Shown here one piece after another: positions 37,853 through 47,116 of a stretch of 64,000 nucleotides of DNA. The notes beneath the pieces are model-generated. The model ran no database searches, was not told the origin of the DNA, and saw nothing but the letters and a program-made list of their open reading frames with translations. The DNA comes from Candidatus Aquivivens invisus. GTDB lineage: Bacteria; Omnitrophota; Gorgyraeia; Aquiviventales; Aquiviventaceae. The stretch covers positions 18,390-82,389 of the forward strand of contig MHGA01000017.1 of the NCBI GenBank assembly GCA_001804415.1, in the 5' to 3' direction. The translations under genes were made by a program, and so were the position numbers. Within the stretch, counting starts at the first letter, position 1, and each line of letters begins with the position of its first letter.

Positions 37853-38287
37853 TTAAAACGGCGGTTCGTCGCCCTCTGCCGTGCGCGCGCCCTCGGCCTC
37901 GTCCACCGCCAGGGCCCCGGATGTGCCCTCAGGCGCGGAGGCCTCTTCCGCCCGGCGGGCGCCGCCCAGGAATTGCACGCGGTCCGCGCGCACCTCGAGC
38001 GTCGAACGCGTCTTGCCCTCCTGCTCCCAACTCCGGTAGATCAGCCGCCCTTCCACGCACACCAGCCGCCCTTTCGCGAGGTACTGCTTGCAGCTCTCGG
38101 CCTGCTTGCCCCACACCACAATGCGGACAAAGCAGGTTTCTTCTTTTGGATCCCCACCGTCCGAACGGCCGATGGTCGTATTGATGGCCAGCCCGAAACT
38201 CGTCACCGCCGCCCCGCTGGGGATATAGCGAAGCTCCGGATCACGCGTCAGGTTGCCGATCAGCAACACCCGATTGAGATTCGCCAT
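37853..38287 (-). CDS. ssb: Single-stranded DNA-binding protein
   Basis: NRVLLIGNLTRDPELRY, acidic tail DEPPF. Confidence 0.97.
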   Translation of the reverse strand: MANLNRVLLIGNLTRDPELRYIPSGAAVTSFGLAINTTIGRSDGGDPKEETCFVRIVVWGKQAESCKQYLAKGRLVCVEGRLIYRSWEQEGKTRSTLEVRADRVQFLGGARRAEEASAPEGTSGALAVDEAEGARTAEGDEPPF

Positions 38288-38289
38288 GG

Positions 38290-38658
38290 TCACACCCTCG
38301 CTGGATGTCTGACAGGTTCGGCGGCCTCCGCGTGTGTCTTGGAAAGCGCCGGCACCTCCGGCACGCCGCCGTTGGCTTGGTGCAGAATCAGAAACCGCAT
38401 CACGGCCTCATTGAGGCGCAACAGCCGTTTGACTTCTTCCACCTGATTCGGATCCGCCTGGAAACGGAGCAGGTGGTAGTGCCCTTCGAGGTGGCGGTTG
38501 ATCCGATACGCGAGACGTCGCCGGCCCCACCCCTCGGACTTGTCGATCTGCCCGCCCAGCTTCCTGATGGGCTCCTCAACCTGTTTCACGGCCTGGGCCA
38601 GCTCGGCTTCCGAGCCGGATGCGTTCAAAATGAGCAAGGCTTCGTACTCACGGTTCAC
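38290..38658 (-). CDS. rpsF: 30S ribosomal protein S6
   Basis: YEALLIL, WGRRRLAYRI, LRLNEAVMRFL; GTG start inferred. Confidence 0.93.
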   Translation of the reverse strand: MNREYEALLILNASGSEAELAQAVKQVEEPIRKLGGQIDKSEGWGRRRLAYRINRHLEGHYHLLRFQADPNQVEEVKRLLRLNEAVMRFLILHQANGGVPEVPALSKTHAEAAEPVRHPARV

Positions 38659-39232
38659 CACGCACCCCCTTGTTGCGAACATTGACGCGATTCATGGCGA
38701 CCGGCATGCCCTCCCTCGCCCACACCTCGCAGGCCTCCGTCGCCCGCTTGACGGCCTGATCGATGAGCCGTTGCTCCTCGACGGTGAAAGGCGACAAGAC
38801 AAACTCGGTCAGATCCGTTGGCAACGGCTCGCATCCCACGCCCAGACGCAGCCGTGGCACCTCGTGCGTGCCCAGCGCCTCAAGACAGGAGGCCAGTCCA
38901 TGATGTCCTCCGTCGCTCCCACCAGGACGAAGCCGCAATCGACCCAGCGGAAGATTCACATCGTCACAGAGGATGAGGATGTCTGTGGGGGCCACGCGCC
39001 AATCGGCCGCGGCTGTGAAGGCTTCTCCGGAGGCGTTCATCATCGTCAAGGGGCACATAAGACGAATCAGGCCTTGCGGAGCGTGCCAATCTCCATACAC
39101 GGAGCGAGGACGACGACACGCCCACGCGACTCGATGCCGGCGTGCGAGTTGTCGCACCGCCTCCATCCCGACATTGTGTCTCGTGCCCTCGTACCGACCG
39201 CCCTCATTGCCCAACCCCACGATCAGCTTCAT
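38648..39232 (-). CDS. pth: Peptidyl-tRNA hydrolase
   Basis: LIVGLGN, TRHNVG, MNASG, DD..LPLG.LRLR, GGHHG. Confidence 0.95.
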   Translation of the reverse strand: MKLIVGLGNEGGRYEGTRHNVGMEAVRQLARRHRVAWACRRPRSVYGDWHAPQGLIRLMCPLTMMNASGEAFTAAADWRVAPTDILILCDDVNLPLGRLRLRPGGSDGGHHGLASCLEALGTHEVPRLRLGVGCEPLPTDLTEFVLSPFTVEEQRLIDQAVKRATEACEVWAREGMPVAMNRVNVRNKGVRGEP

Positions 39233-39257
39233 GCACTACGATTTTGGTGCTTCGTGC

Positions 39258-39995
39258 TTACTGCTTCTCTTTCCTCTCGCCCTTCTCGGGCGCCTTCTCT
39301 TCCTTGTCCTTCGCCGGTTTCTCGGCGCCGGCTTCCTCGCCTTCGGCTTCAGGTTTCTTCTCGCGGATGACCTCCGGTTCCGTGACCGCTTCAGCCGGGA
39401 CTTCCTCCACCTTCTCTTCCTTCGGCATCAGGACCGACGCGATCACGCCTTCCGGATCAGAGAGTAGGCGGGCGCCGTCCGGCACGGCCAGGTCCTTCAC
39501 GTGAATCGCATCCCCGATCTTCATCTGGCTGATGTCGTGCTCAATCTGGTTCGGGATGCTCGTCGGGAGACACTCCACTTCCACCTCGCGCAAGAAGTGC
39601 TCCAGCATCCCACGGTCTTGCTTGACCCCCACGGCATCCCCCTTCAAGACGACCGGGACCTTCACGCGAATCTGCTCGGTCAACACCACGGCGTGAAAGT
39701 CAATGTGCGTTACCTCGCCGTGGAGGGGATCATGCTGCAGGCGCTTCAGCAGCACAGGCGTTTCCACCGGTTTGCCATCTTGGGCAACCTGCAAGGTGAG
39801 GACGCCGTGCTCGCCGTGGCGGCCATGGAGGAACTTCGTGAATTCCAGCCGATCAACCAGCAGGGAGACGGGAGGGGTCTTCTTGCCATACAGCACCGCG
39901 GGAATCATCCCTTGCCGGCGCAGGCGCCGTGAGGGGCGCGTGCCCTCTTGGACGCGTTGCGTGGCCTGCAAGGTCATGCGTTGTGTCGTCGCCAT
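39258..39995 (-). CDS. rplY: 50S ribosomal protein L25 (CTC type)
   Basis: RRLRRQGMIPAVLYG, HIDFHAV, CLPTSIP, EPEVI tail. Confidence 0.95.
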   Translation of the reverse strand: MATTQRMTLQATQRVQEGTRPSRRLRRQGMIPAVLYGKKTPPVSLLVDRLEFTKFLHGRHGEHGVLTLQVAQDGKPVETPVLLKRLQHDPLHGEVTHIDFHAVVLTEQIRVKVPVVLKGDAVGVKQDRGMLEHFLREVEVECLPTSIPNQIEHDISQMKIGDAIHVKDLAVPDGARLLSDPEGVIASVLMPKEEKVEEVPAEAVTEPEVIREKKPEAEGEEAGAEKPAKDKEEKAPEKGERKEKQ

Positions 39996-40011
39996 CAGTC
40001 CTCCATTACCC

Positions 40012-41016
40012 CTACCCCGGGATGCCGTCAAAGAGCGAACTGATCGATTGCTCATCGTGGATCCGCCGAATCGCCTCCGCCAGGAGGGGGGCGACGGAGA
40101 GCACGGTGAGGCGTGCACGCGGCTGCACGTTCGTCAGGGGGATCGTGTCGGTGACGATCAGCTCCTCAATCGCCGAGCCGGCCAGGCGCTGCACCGCCGG
40201 ACCGGACAGCACCGGATGGGTCACCGCGGCGAACACCGTTTTCGCGCCTGAGCGCTTCACCGCCGAAGCCGCCTCCACGAGCGAGCTGCCGGTGGCCAGG
40301 AGATCATCGACCAGCACGCACGCCTTGCCGGAGACGTCCCCCAGGATATGCATCACGTCGGTGGACTCGGGGGTGTTGCGACGTTTATCGACGATGGCCA
40401 AGCCCGCGTGCAGCCGCTTGGCATAGGCCCGCGCCATCTTGATCCCGCCCACATCCGGCGAGACGATGACCAGCGGCTTCAGGCGTTTGCGCCTGAGGTA
40501 GTCGGCGAAGACGTTGATGGCATAGAGATGGTCGAGGGGGATATCGAAAAACCCCTGGATCTGCCCGGCGTGAAGATCCATCGTCAAGATCCGATCGGCG
40601 CCGGCGGTCGTGATCAGATTGGCGACCAGTTTCGCGGTGATGGGCACCCGCGGCTGATCCTTGCGGTCTTGACGGGCGTAGCCGTAGTAGGGGATCACCG
40701 CCGTGATGCGACGCGCGGAGGCGCGGCGGATCGCATCGAGCATGATCAAGAGTTCCATCAGGTTGTCATTCGGCGGCGGGCACGTGGGTTGCACCACAAA
40801 GACGTCTTTGCCTCGGATGTTCTCTTGGATCTTGACGGAAATCTCCCCTTCGCTGAACCGCCCGACGAGACACTTCGAGAGATCCACCCCCAGATGCCTG
40901 CAAATCGCTTTGGCCAGCGGGGGGTTGGCGTTGCCGCTTAAGATCGCCAGCCCGGAATCGACCGGTTGAGGACGTCGGAGGGTTCGAGGTTTCGTGGCAC
41001 GCAGGGTTGCTGGCAT
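40012..41016 (-). CDS. prs: Ribose-phosphate pyrophosphokinase
   Basis: FSEGE, PYYGYARQDRK, DLHAGQIQGFF, VSPDVGG, VDDLLATG. Confidence 0.97.
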   Translation of the reverse strand: MPATLRATKPRTLRRPQPVDSGLAILSGNANPPLAKAICRHLGVDLSKCLVGRFSEGEISVKIQENIRGKDVFVVQPTCPPPNDNLMELLIMLDAIRRASARRITAVIPYYGYARQDRKDQPRVPITAKLVANLITTAGADRILTMDLHAGQIQGFFDIPLDHLYAINVFADYLRRKRLKPLVIVSPDVGGIKMARAYAKRLHAGLAIVDKRRNTPESTDVMHILGDVSGKACVLVDDLLATGSSLVEAASAVKRSGAKTVFAAVTHPVLSGPAVQRLAGSAIEELIVTDTIPLTNVQPRARLTVLSVAPLLAEAIRRIHDEQSISSLFDGIPG

Positions 41017-42428
41017 TACCGTCGTCGCCTCGCGGTGTGTGTCGCTCGCCGAGCCTTCGGAGCCTTCCGAACGGCTCGTTTCACGATCCGACGAGCGGTG
41101 TTCATGGGTCGTCTTGTGACAGGCTTCTGCCTCGACGGGTTCTTCCGGACAGGTTGCTTCTTCGCGGCAGGCTTCGCCCGCTCTAACAGGTGCGCCGGCA
41201 CCCCGACCACGACGCTGCGAGGGGCCACATCGTGCCCCTTGGGCACGACGCTGCCGGCCCCTGTCACCGCACCGGATCCGACCTTGACCGGTGCGACCAG
41301 CACCGTGTCGCATCCAATGAAGGCTCCGCGGCCGATGGTCGTGGGGAGCTTGTTCGTCCCGTCATAGTTGGCCGTGATGGTGCCCGCGCCGATGTTCACG
41401 TCCTCTTCCACCGTCGTATCGCCTAAATACGTCACATGGTTGATGCGGACACGCGTGCTGACCTTGGTCCGCACCAACTCCACGAAATTGCCCACCCGCA
41501 CCTCATCCCCGAGCACCACCCCCCGCCGCAGGCGGGCGAAGGGCCCGATGGCGCATCGGCGTCCGACGCTCACCCCGGACTCAATCACGGTGCCAGGGTG
41601 GATCACGGTGTCATGCCCGATGTATACCCCGTGATCGATATACGTCATCTGGGGATCCACAATCGTCACACCGTTGGTGAGATGGCCCTCGAGGATCCGC
41701 TGCCGCACGACCGCGGTGGCTTTCGCCAAGTCCTGCTGCGAGTTGACGCCCAGCCCCTCAGCCGCCATCTCCAACCGGACCACCTGGAATTTCGTCCCCG
41801 GCTGTTTGGCCAGCCGGTTGACCGCCTGGGTCAGGTACAGCTCTTTTTTGGCCTGGCTGGGGTGGACGGTGGCCAGGGCCTCGAACAGCAGCTGCGCCTT
41901 CACGCAGATCGGCCCGACGTTGATCTCGCGGATGGCGCGTTGCGAGGTCGTGGCGTCCGCTTCTTCCGCGATGCCGACGACCTCCCCGGTCGCTTCCCGC
42001 AGGATGCGCCCGTAGCCGGCCGGATCGGCGAGATGGGTCGTCAGGAGCGTGCAGGTGGCATTCGCCCGGTTGTGCGATTCGATCAACCGCTGGACCGTGG
42101 TGCGACGCAACAACGGCGTGTCCGCGTAGAGGACCAACACGTCTCCCGACAGGCTGCCCGCGGCGCGTTTGGCCAGCAGCACCGCGTTGGCGGTCCCCAA
42201 GGGTTTGGATTGGATCACGACCTTCACGTCCTTGGGCAGGTGCGGCGCGATCTGATCCGCCGCCTCACCGAGAATGACGATGGGGTGTTTGGCCCCGGCG
42301 GAGGCCGCCAGATCCAGGGCGTAGCCGATCATCGGCCGCCCGCAAATCGGATGGAGCACCTTGGGGCATTCCGACTTCATCCGCGTGCCGCTGCCCGCCG
42401 CCAGAATGATGACGCTGAGTGGTTTCAT
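41016..42428 (-). CDS. glmU: Bifunctional GlmU with a basic C-terminal tail
   Basis: ILAAGSGTRMKS, PKVLH, GYGRI, GNFVE, YLGD, NIGAGTITANYDG. Confidence 0.9.
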   Translation of the reverse strand: MKPLSVIILAAGSGTRMKSECPKVLHPICGRPMIGYALDLAASAGAKHPIVILGEAADQIAPHLPKDVKVVIQSKPLGTANAVLLAKRAAGSLSGDVLVLYADTPLLRRTTVQRLIESHNRANATCTLLTTHLADPAGYGRILREATGEVVGIAEEADATTSQRAIREINVGPICVKAQLLFEALATVHPSQAKKELYLTQAVNRLAKQPGTKFQVVRLEMAAEGLGVNSQQDLAKATAVVRQRILEGHLTNGVTIVDPQMTYIDHGVYIGHDTVIHPGTVIESGVSVGRRCAIGPFARLRRGVVLGDEVRVGNFVELVRTKVSTRVRINHVTYLGDTTVEEDVNIGAGTITANYDGTNKLPTTIGRGAFIGCDTVLVAPVKVGSGAVTGAGSVVPKGHDVAPRSVVVGVPAHLLERAKPAAKKQPVRKNPSRQKPVTRRPMNTARRIVKRAVRKAPKARRATHTARRRR

Positions 42429-42478
42429 CACGTGGTCCTCTCTTGTGGCTCCCACGACCGCCCCGCCAGCGCGTTGCG

Positions 42479-42549
42479 CTGGGGAGCCAGGGCTCGAACC
42501 TGGACGTAGAGCTTCAAAGGCTCTTGTGCTACCGTTACACTACTCCCCA
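42479..42549 (-). tRNA. tRNA-Gln(TTG), CCA not encoded
   Basis: TGGGGAG acceptor / CTCCCCA-G; AGAGC-CTTTGAA-GCTCT anticodon arm; CCAGG-TTCGAGC-CCTGG T arm; typical ispE-tRNA-Gln-glmU/prs context. Confidence 0.95.
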
Positions 42550-42580
42550 ATCCCGAGGGAACACAACTTTCCGACGTGGA

Positions 42581-43468
42581 TTAGCGTGTCGCGGTCTTCA
42601 CCACCGCAATCCGCCACGAGGAGCCACCCTTCTCTCGGAGGCGCCGCGAGGCGGTCTCGGCATGGGCGCGATCCTGACACAGCCCAAAAACGGAAGGACC
42701 GCTGCCGCTTACCATGGTACCGAGGCACGGACACGACTGCAGAAACCCCTGGATGTCTTGAATGACAGGACAACGCCGGATCGCTTCGGGTTGTAGATCG
42801 TTCCTCAACCCGCTCGCGAGCTCGCTGAGCGAGCCGTTGCGTAAGGCGTGCAGGAGCATGCTAATCGAACGCCGACTCACCGTCAAGGACGATTTCTTCA
42901 ACGGCTTGGCGGCGTCAAACCCCTCGTAGACGTCCTGGGTGGACAGACGAGCCGTCGGCACGACCACGACCTGCCACAACGTGGGGCACCCGCCGGCGAC
43001 CGGCTCGCACGCATCTCCCCTCCCCCGACCCACGGCAAACGGCCCCCGCTCCAAGAAAAACGGGACATCGGCCCCCAACGGCCCTGCGAGTTGACGCAGG
43101 CGCTGCGCCGAAAGCCGCAGAGCCCAGAGCCGATTCAACCCGATGAGTGTCGCGGCCGCATCGGAGGAGCCTCCGCCCAGCCCCGCGGCGATGGGGATGC
43201 GCTTGGCCAAGTGAATCGCCGCGCCCTGAGAGACGTTGCAGGTCTGCTGCAGAAGGTGCGCGGCTTTCGTGACGAGATTGGACGCTCCACACGCCAGGGT
43301 TGGATCATCACAGGTCATGGTGATGCCACGTGCCTGCGGCTTGAACGTCAGCTCATCCGCGAGATCGATGCGCTCGAACAGCGTCTCCAGCTCGTGATAG
43401 CCGTCAGGACGACGCCCGAGGATCCGCAGATAGAGGTTCAGCTTGGCCGGTGCGTGGAGGCGGAGCAT
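42581..43468 (-). CDS. ispE: 4-diphosphocytidyl-2-C-methyl-D-erythritol kinase
   Basis: APAKLNLYL, DGYHEL, IPIAAGLGGGSSDAA, GADVPFF, SGSGPSVF. Confidence 0.97.
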   Translation of the reverse strand: MLRLHAPAKLNLYLRILGRRPDGYHELETLFERIDLADELTFKPQARGITMTCDDPTLACGASNLVTKAAHLLQQTCNVSQGAAIHLAKRIPIAAGLGGGSSDAAATLIGLNRLWALRLSAQRLRQLAGPLGADVPFFLERGPFAVGRGRGDACEPVAGGCPTLWQVVVVPTARLSTQDVYEGFDAAKPLKKSSLTVSRRSISMLLHALRNGSLSELASGLRNDLQPEAIRRCPVIQDIQGFLQSCPCLGTMVSGSGPSVFGLCQDRAHAETASRRLREKGGSSWRIAVVKTATR

Positions 43469-43470
43469 GT

Positions 43471-43540
43471 CAACGGGTTGGCGCGTTAGCCGGTTTGCGG
43501 GTTTGCGCGTTCAACGCGCCAACGCGCGAACGCGCTAACG
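43471..43540. repeat. Octamer inverted-arm element (NGCGSGTT)n / (AACGCGCN)n
   Basis: aacgggtt ggcgcgtt agccggtt tgcgggtt tgcgcgtt c aacgcgcc aacgcgcg aacgcgct aacg. Confidence 0.8.
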
Positions 43541-44473
43541 TTTGGCGTGCAAGACGTCCTTGACCGCGGAAGCGATGTCGTCGGGCATCAAGTGGAAGGC
43601 GCGGAGCAGCTCGGCAGGATCGCCGGAGGTCCCGAAGCGATCGAGGACGCCGACGAAGCGCATCGGCACCGGGTGGTGCCTGACCACGACCTCCGCGACG
43701 GCGCCTCCGAGCCCGCCCAGAACGGTATGCTCTTCCACCGTCACGATCGCACCGGTCTCGCGGGCGGCGGCGATGAGGGCGTCTTCATCGATCGGCTTGA
43801 TCGTGTGGAGGTTGATGACGCGGGATTCGATGCGCTCTCGCGCGAGCCGTGCGGCGGCTTCGAGGGCGTGGGCGACCATCGTCCCGCAGGCGATGATCGC
43901 GACATCCGCGCCGTGTCGCAGGACGTTCGCTTTGCCGATCGTGAAGGCGTCGTCGGGCTTCGTCACCGTCGGCACCGGCGCTCGGCCGAGCCGAAGGAAG
44001 ACCGGGCCGGGGTAGGAGGCCGAGGCGATGGTCGCCTGCTTGGCCTCCATCGCATCGCAGGGGACGATCACGGTCATGTGCGGCAGCACGCGCATGTGGG
44101 ACAGCTCTTCCAGCGCTTCCGCCGTCGCCCCATCCGCGCCGACCGACAGACCCCCGTGCGACCCCGCGGTCTTGACGTTGAGCCGCTGATAGCAGACGGC
44201 CAGACGAAATTGCTCCAGGGCTTTCCCCGTGACGAACTGGCTGAAGGAACACGCAAACGCAATCTTGCCGGCCCAGGCCAGGCCCGCCGCCGTGCCGATC
44301 ATGTCCTGCTCCGCGATGCCGACGGAGAAAAAGCGATCCGGGAATTCTTTCTTGAACCACACGGCTCGCGCGGAATCCTCCAGGTCGCCGGAGAGGGCGA
44401 CGACGTTGGGATTGCTGCGCCCCAGCTCCAACAGCCCCTCGCCGAATCCGTCCCGCGTCGGTTTGTCGCTCAT
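43535..44473 (-). CDS. Transketolase C-terminal subunit
   Basis: GIAEQDM, DGATA, LRLGR, IKPID, TVEEH..GGLG. Confidence 0.93.
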   Translation of the reverse strand: MSDKPTRDGFGEGLLELGRSNPNVVALSGDLEDSARAVWFKKEFPDRFFSVGIAEQDMIGTAAGLAWAGKIAFACSFSQFVTGKALEQFRLAVCYQRLNVKTAGSHGGLSVGADGATAEALEELSHMRVLPHMTVIVPCDAMEAKQATIASASYPGPVFLRLGRAPVPTVTKPDDAFTIGKANVLRHGADVAIIACGTMVAHALEAAARLARERIESRVINLHTIKPIDEDALIAAARETGAIVTVEEHTVLGGLGGAVAEVVVRHHPVPMRFVGVLDRFGTSGDPAELLRAFHLMPDDIASAVKDVLHAKR

Positions 44474-45354
44474 GAGAGCTTCGCCTTGGCGGCGTCCAAT
44501 TCGCTCAACGCCTTCTCGAGCTCATCAGGTTTCGGCGCCACCCCGTGCCACGCGGGGTTGAGCTCCATGAACGACACCCCCTTGCCCTTCACCGTCCTAG
44601 CGACGATCGCTTGGGGTTGACCTTTGACCGTCTGCGCCTTGTCATAGGCGTCGATCACTTGGACGATGTCGTGCCCGTCGATCTCGAGGGTATGCCACCC
44701 GAACGCCCTCCACTTGTCGGCCAGCGGCTCGATATCTTGAATCTGCGCTACCGGTCCGTTCTGCTGCAGCTGATTCGCGTCCACGATCGCGCACACGGCC
44801 TCCAGCTTGTGGTGGTGGGCGGTCATCGCCGCCTCCCACACCTGGCCCTCCTGGATCTCGCCGTCTCCCATCAGGCAGAAGATGCGGCGCCGACGGCGAT
44901 CCAGCCGATCCGCCAAGGCGATGCCGTTGGCCATCGACAAGCCCTGGCCGAGCGACCCGGAGGCAATCTCCACGCCCGGCGGGGAGTCTTTCTCCGGATG
45001 GCCCTGCAAACGGGTGGGATAGCGACGCAGGGTCCTGAGTTCCTCTTTCGGGAAGTAGCCTCGAGCGGCCAGCACCACGTAGAGGGCCGGGCAGCCATGG
45101 CCTTTGGAGAGCAGGAACAGATCCCGATCCGGCCAGAACGGCTGCGCGGGATCATGCCGCAGCGCGTGCCAATACAGGCCGATGAGCAGCTCCACCATGG
45201 ATAGCGAGCCGCCGGGATGCCCGCTGCCGGCCGCAGCGATGGTGCGCAGGATGTCCTGGCGCAGGTCGACGGCGAGTCGGCGCAGCATCGTGATGTCGGG
45301 ACGGCCCTCAACAGGAGGCATCCGCGTCACCTTAGTGCCGGCTGGTGGCGTCAT
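44470..45354 (-). CDS. Transketolase N-terminal subunit
   Basis: SGHPGGSLS, LSKGH, LQGHP, GSLGQG, GDGEIQEGQVWEA, WHG. Start uncertain. Confidence 0.93.
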   Translation of the reverse strand: MTPPAGTKVTRMPPVEGRPDITMLRRLAVDLRQDILRTIAAAGSGHPGGSLSMVELLIGLYWHALRHDPAQPFWPDRDLFLLSKGHGCPALYVVLAARGYFPKEELRTLRRYPTRLQGHPEKDSPPGVEIASGSLGQGLSMANGIALADRLDRRRRRIFCLMGDGEIQEGQVWEAAMTAHHHKLEAVCAIVDANQLQQNGPVAQIQDIEPLADKWRAFGWHTLEIDGHDIVQVIDAYDKAQTVKGQPQAIVARTVKGKGVSFMELNPAWHGVAPKPDELEKALSELDAAKAKLS

Positions 45355-46834
45355 GGGCCTGCCGGTTCATCAACTGCTCAAGGCGCCGCGTGACGTCTTG
45401 GAGACCGGGGTCCAACTCCAAGGCTTTCTGCCAGGCGCGCTGGGCGCGCTTGAGATCGCCCAGGGTGAAGTAGGCTTGTCCGAGATGATCGAAGACCGTC
45501 GGGTCATCCGCCACGAGGCCAACCGCCTGTTCGAGATGGCGGATCGCGTCCTCCACCTGACCGAGTCGGTACAGCACCCACCCCAAGCTATCGAGGTAGG
45601 CGCCGTTGTCAGGATCCAGGGCGACGGCGCGCTCGATGAGCGCCTTCGCCTCCCGCAGGTCCACCCCATCTTCGGCATCCATGTAGCCCAAGTAGTTGAG
45701 GGCATCGGCGTGGTTCGGATCGAGCTCGATGGTCCGACGCAGGTGACCGCGCGCTTCGTCTTCCAGATGGAGGCGCTCCAACTGGGCGCCGAGATAGAAG
45801 TGCGCCTGCGGCGCGTCGTCCTTCAGCGCCAGCGCGCGCTCAAAGGCGCGCAGCGCCTCGAGCGGGGCATCGGCCTCCCGATAGACCAGCCCTACTAAGA
45901 GGTAGAGCTCCGGGCGCTCGCCCATCACGCCCAACTTGGCGGCCAGCAGATGCTGCGCCTCGCCGTAGTCACCCTGAGCCATCCAGAGGCGCACCAGGCC
46001 CACGACGGCTTCGAGATCCTGCGGATCGATATCCAAGAGGGTCTGGTAGTGGCGCACGGCCTTCGGCATGTCGTCTTGATTCGCAGCGACCCGCGCCGCG
46101 TGGTGATAGAGACGGGTGTTCAACGGATCCAGCCGGATCGCTTCCTCATAGTGGGCCGCCGCCTGCACGGGTTGGTCCGCCAGCTCGTACGTCAACCCCA
46201 GCGCCACCCGCACCTCGACGGAATCAGGCACCAGCTCCAACGCGCGCGAGAGATGCTCGATCGCCTGGGGGAATTGCCCCAGCCGGCCGTAGAGCACGCC
46301 AAGATTGAAGTAGAGCTGCTGGGACGGGCCCTCCACCTCGATCAAGCGCTCATACATGCGAATCGCCTCGTCGAGTCGTCCCTGCAGCACGTAGAGATCC
46401 GCGAGGGTGCTGAGCACGAAGCGATCCGCCGGTTCCTGTTGGCTGAGGCGCTCATACATGCGAATCGCTTCGTCAATCTGCCCCTGGGAGGTGTGGAGCA
46501 TGGCCATCCACCGCAGCGCATCCGGCTGGGACGGCTCCAGGCTGAGGGCGCGCTGAAAACTTTTGAGGGCCTGCTGGGTCTTGCCGAGCTTCACTTGGGT
46601 GGCTCCCACGCGCACGTGGAGGAACGGCGAGTCCTGGTCGTGCTCAAGCGCCTGCTGGTACGCATCCAACGCGTCGGCCAATTGCGTGGAGCGCTCAAGC
46701 ATCAACCCGCGCATGTACAGCCCATAGGAGGGACGGCGCTCCCCCTGAGGGGAGCGCATCGGGGCGCTGGCGCAGCCCACGCCGAGGCACAATCCGACAC
46801 CGACTGCTGCGTTGACGCACGCCTTCCATGCCAT
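45332..46834 (-). CDS. TPR-repeat lipoprotein
   Basis: Lipobox GVGC, multiple TPRs, ALNYLGY...YLDSLGWVLY. Confidence 0.88.
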   Translation of the reverse strand: MAWKACVNAAVGVGLCLGVGCASAPMRSPQGERRPSYGLYMRGLMLERSTQLADALDAYQQALEHDQDSPFLHVRVGATQVKLGKTQQALKSFQRALSLEPSQPDALRWMAMLHTSQGQIDEAIRMYERLSQQEPADRFVLSTLADLYVLQGRLDEAIRMYERLIEVEGPSQQLYFNLGVLYGRLGQFPQAIEHLSRALELVPDSVEVRVALGLTYELADQPVQAAAHYEEAIRLDPLNTRLYHHAARVAANQDDMPKAVRHYQTLLDIDPQDLEAVVGLVRLWMAQGDYGEAQHLLAAKLGVMGERPELYLLVGLVYREADAPLEALRAFERALALKDDAPQAHFYLGAQLERLHLEDEARGHLRRTIELDPNHADALNYLGYMDAEDGVDLREAKALIERAVALDPDNGAYLDSLGWVLYRLGQVEDAIRHLEQAVGLVADDPTVFDHLGQAYFTLGDLKRAQRAWQKALELDPGLQDVTRRLEQLMNRQAHDATSRH

Positions 46835-46955
46835 GCTCACGGTTCGCCTGTTTCAAAACCTCAGGGCAGCAAGGTGGGAACGTGACTCCGTGGCCACGTG
46901 TTCTCTTGACTCCTTGGCCACTGGGTCACTGACGGGAGGTTTTTGAAACTTCCTG

Positions 46956-47045
46956 TTAGTGCTTCTTATGCCGCATCCGCTTGCGCAATTTCTTGCGCTT
47001 GTGGGTGCGGATCTTCTGAAGCTTGCGCTTCCGCCCACTGGGCAT
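46956..47045 (-). CDS. AURKAIP1/COX24-domain small basic protein (bS22/mS38-like), 29 aa
   Basis: GGAGG SD, then MPSGRKRKLQKIRTHKRKKLRKRMRHKKH; below the ORF-track cutoff. Confidence 0.85.
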   Translation of the reverse strand: MPSGRKRKLQKIRTHKRKKLRKRMRHKKH

Positions 47046-47116
47046 GTCGCCTCCAGTTAACGGGTTCAAGGCAAAGCTAACACACGTTCACGAGCACCTA
47101 TCACCTGCCAGGCCCG

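Noticed and set aside
42479-42549. tRNA as an integration site
   Set aside because: No duplicated 3' end or integrase nearby; the missing CCA is consistent with the cca-like gene.
46346-46470. Direct repeat gcgctcatacatgcgaatcgc 102 nt apart
   Set aside because: Corresponds to adjacent 34-aa TPR units.
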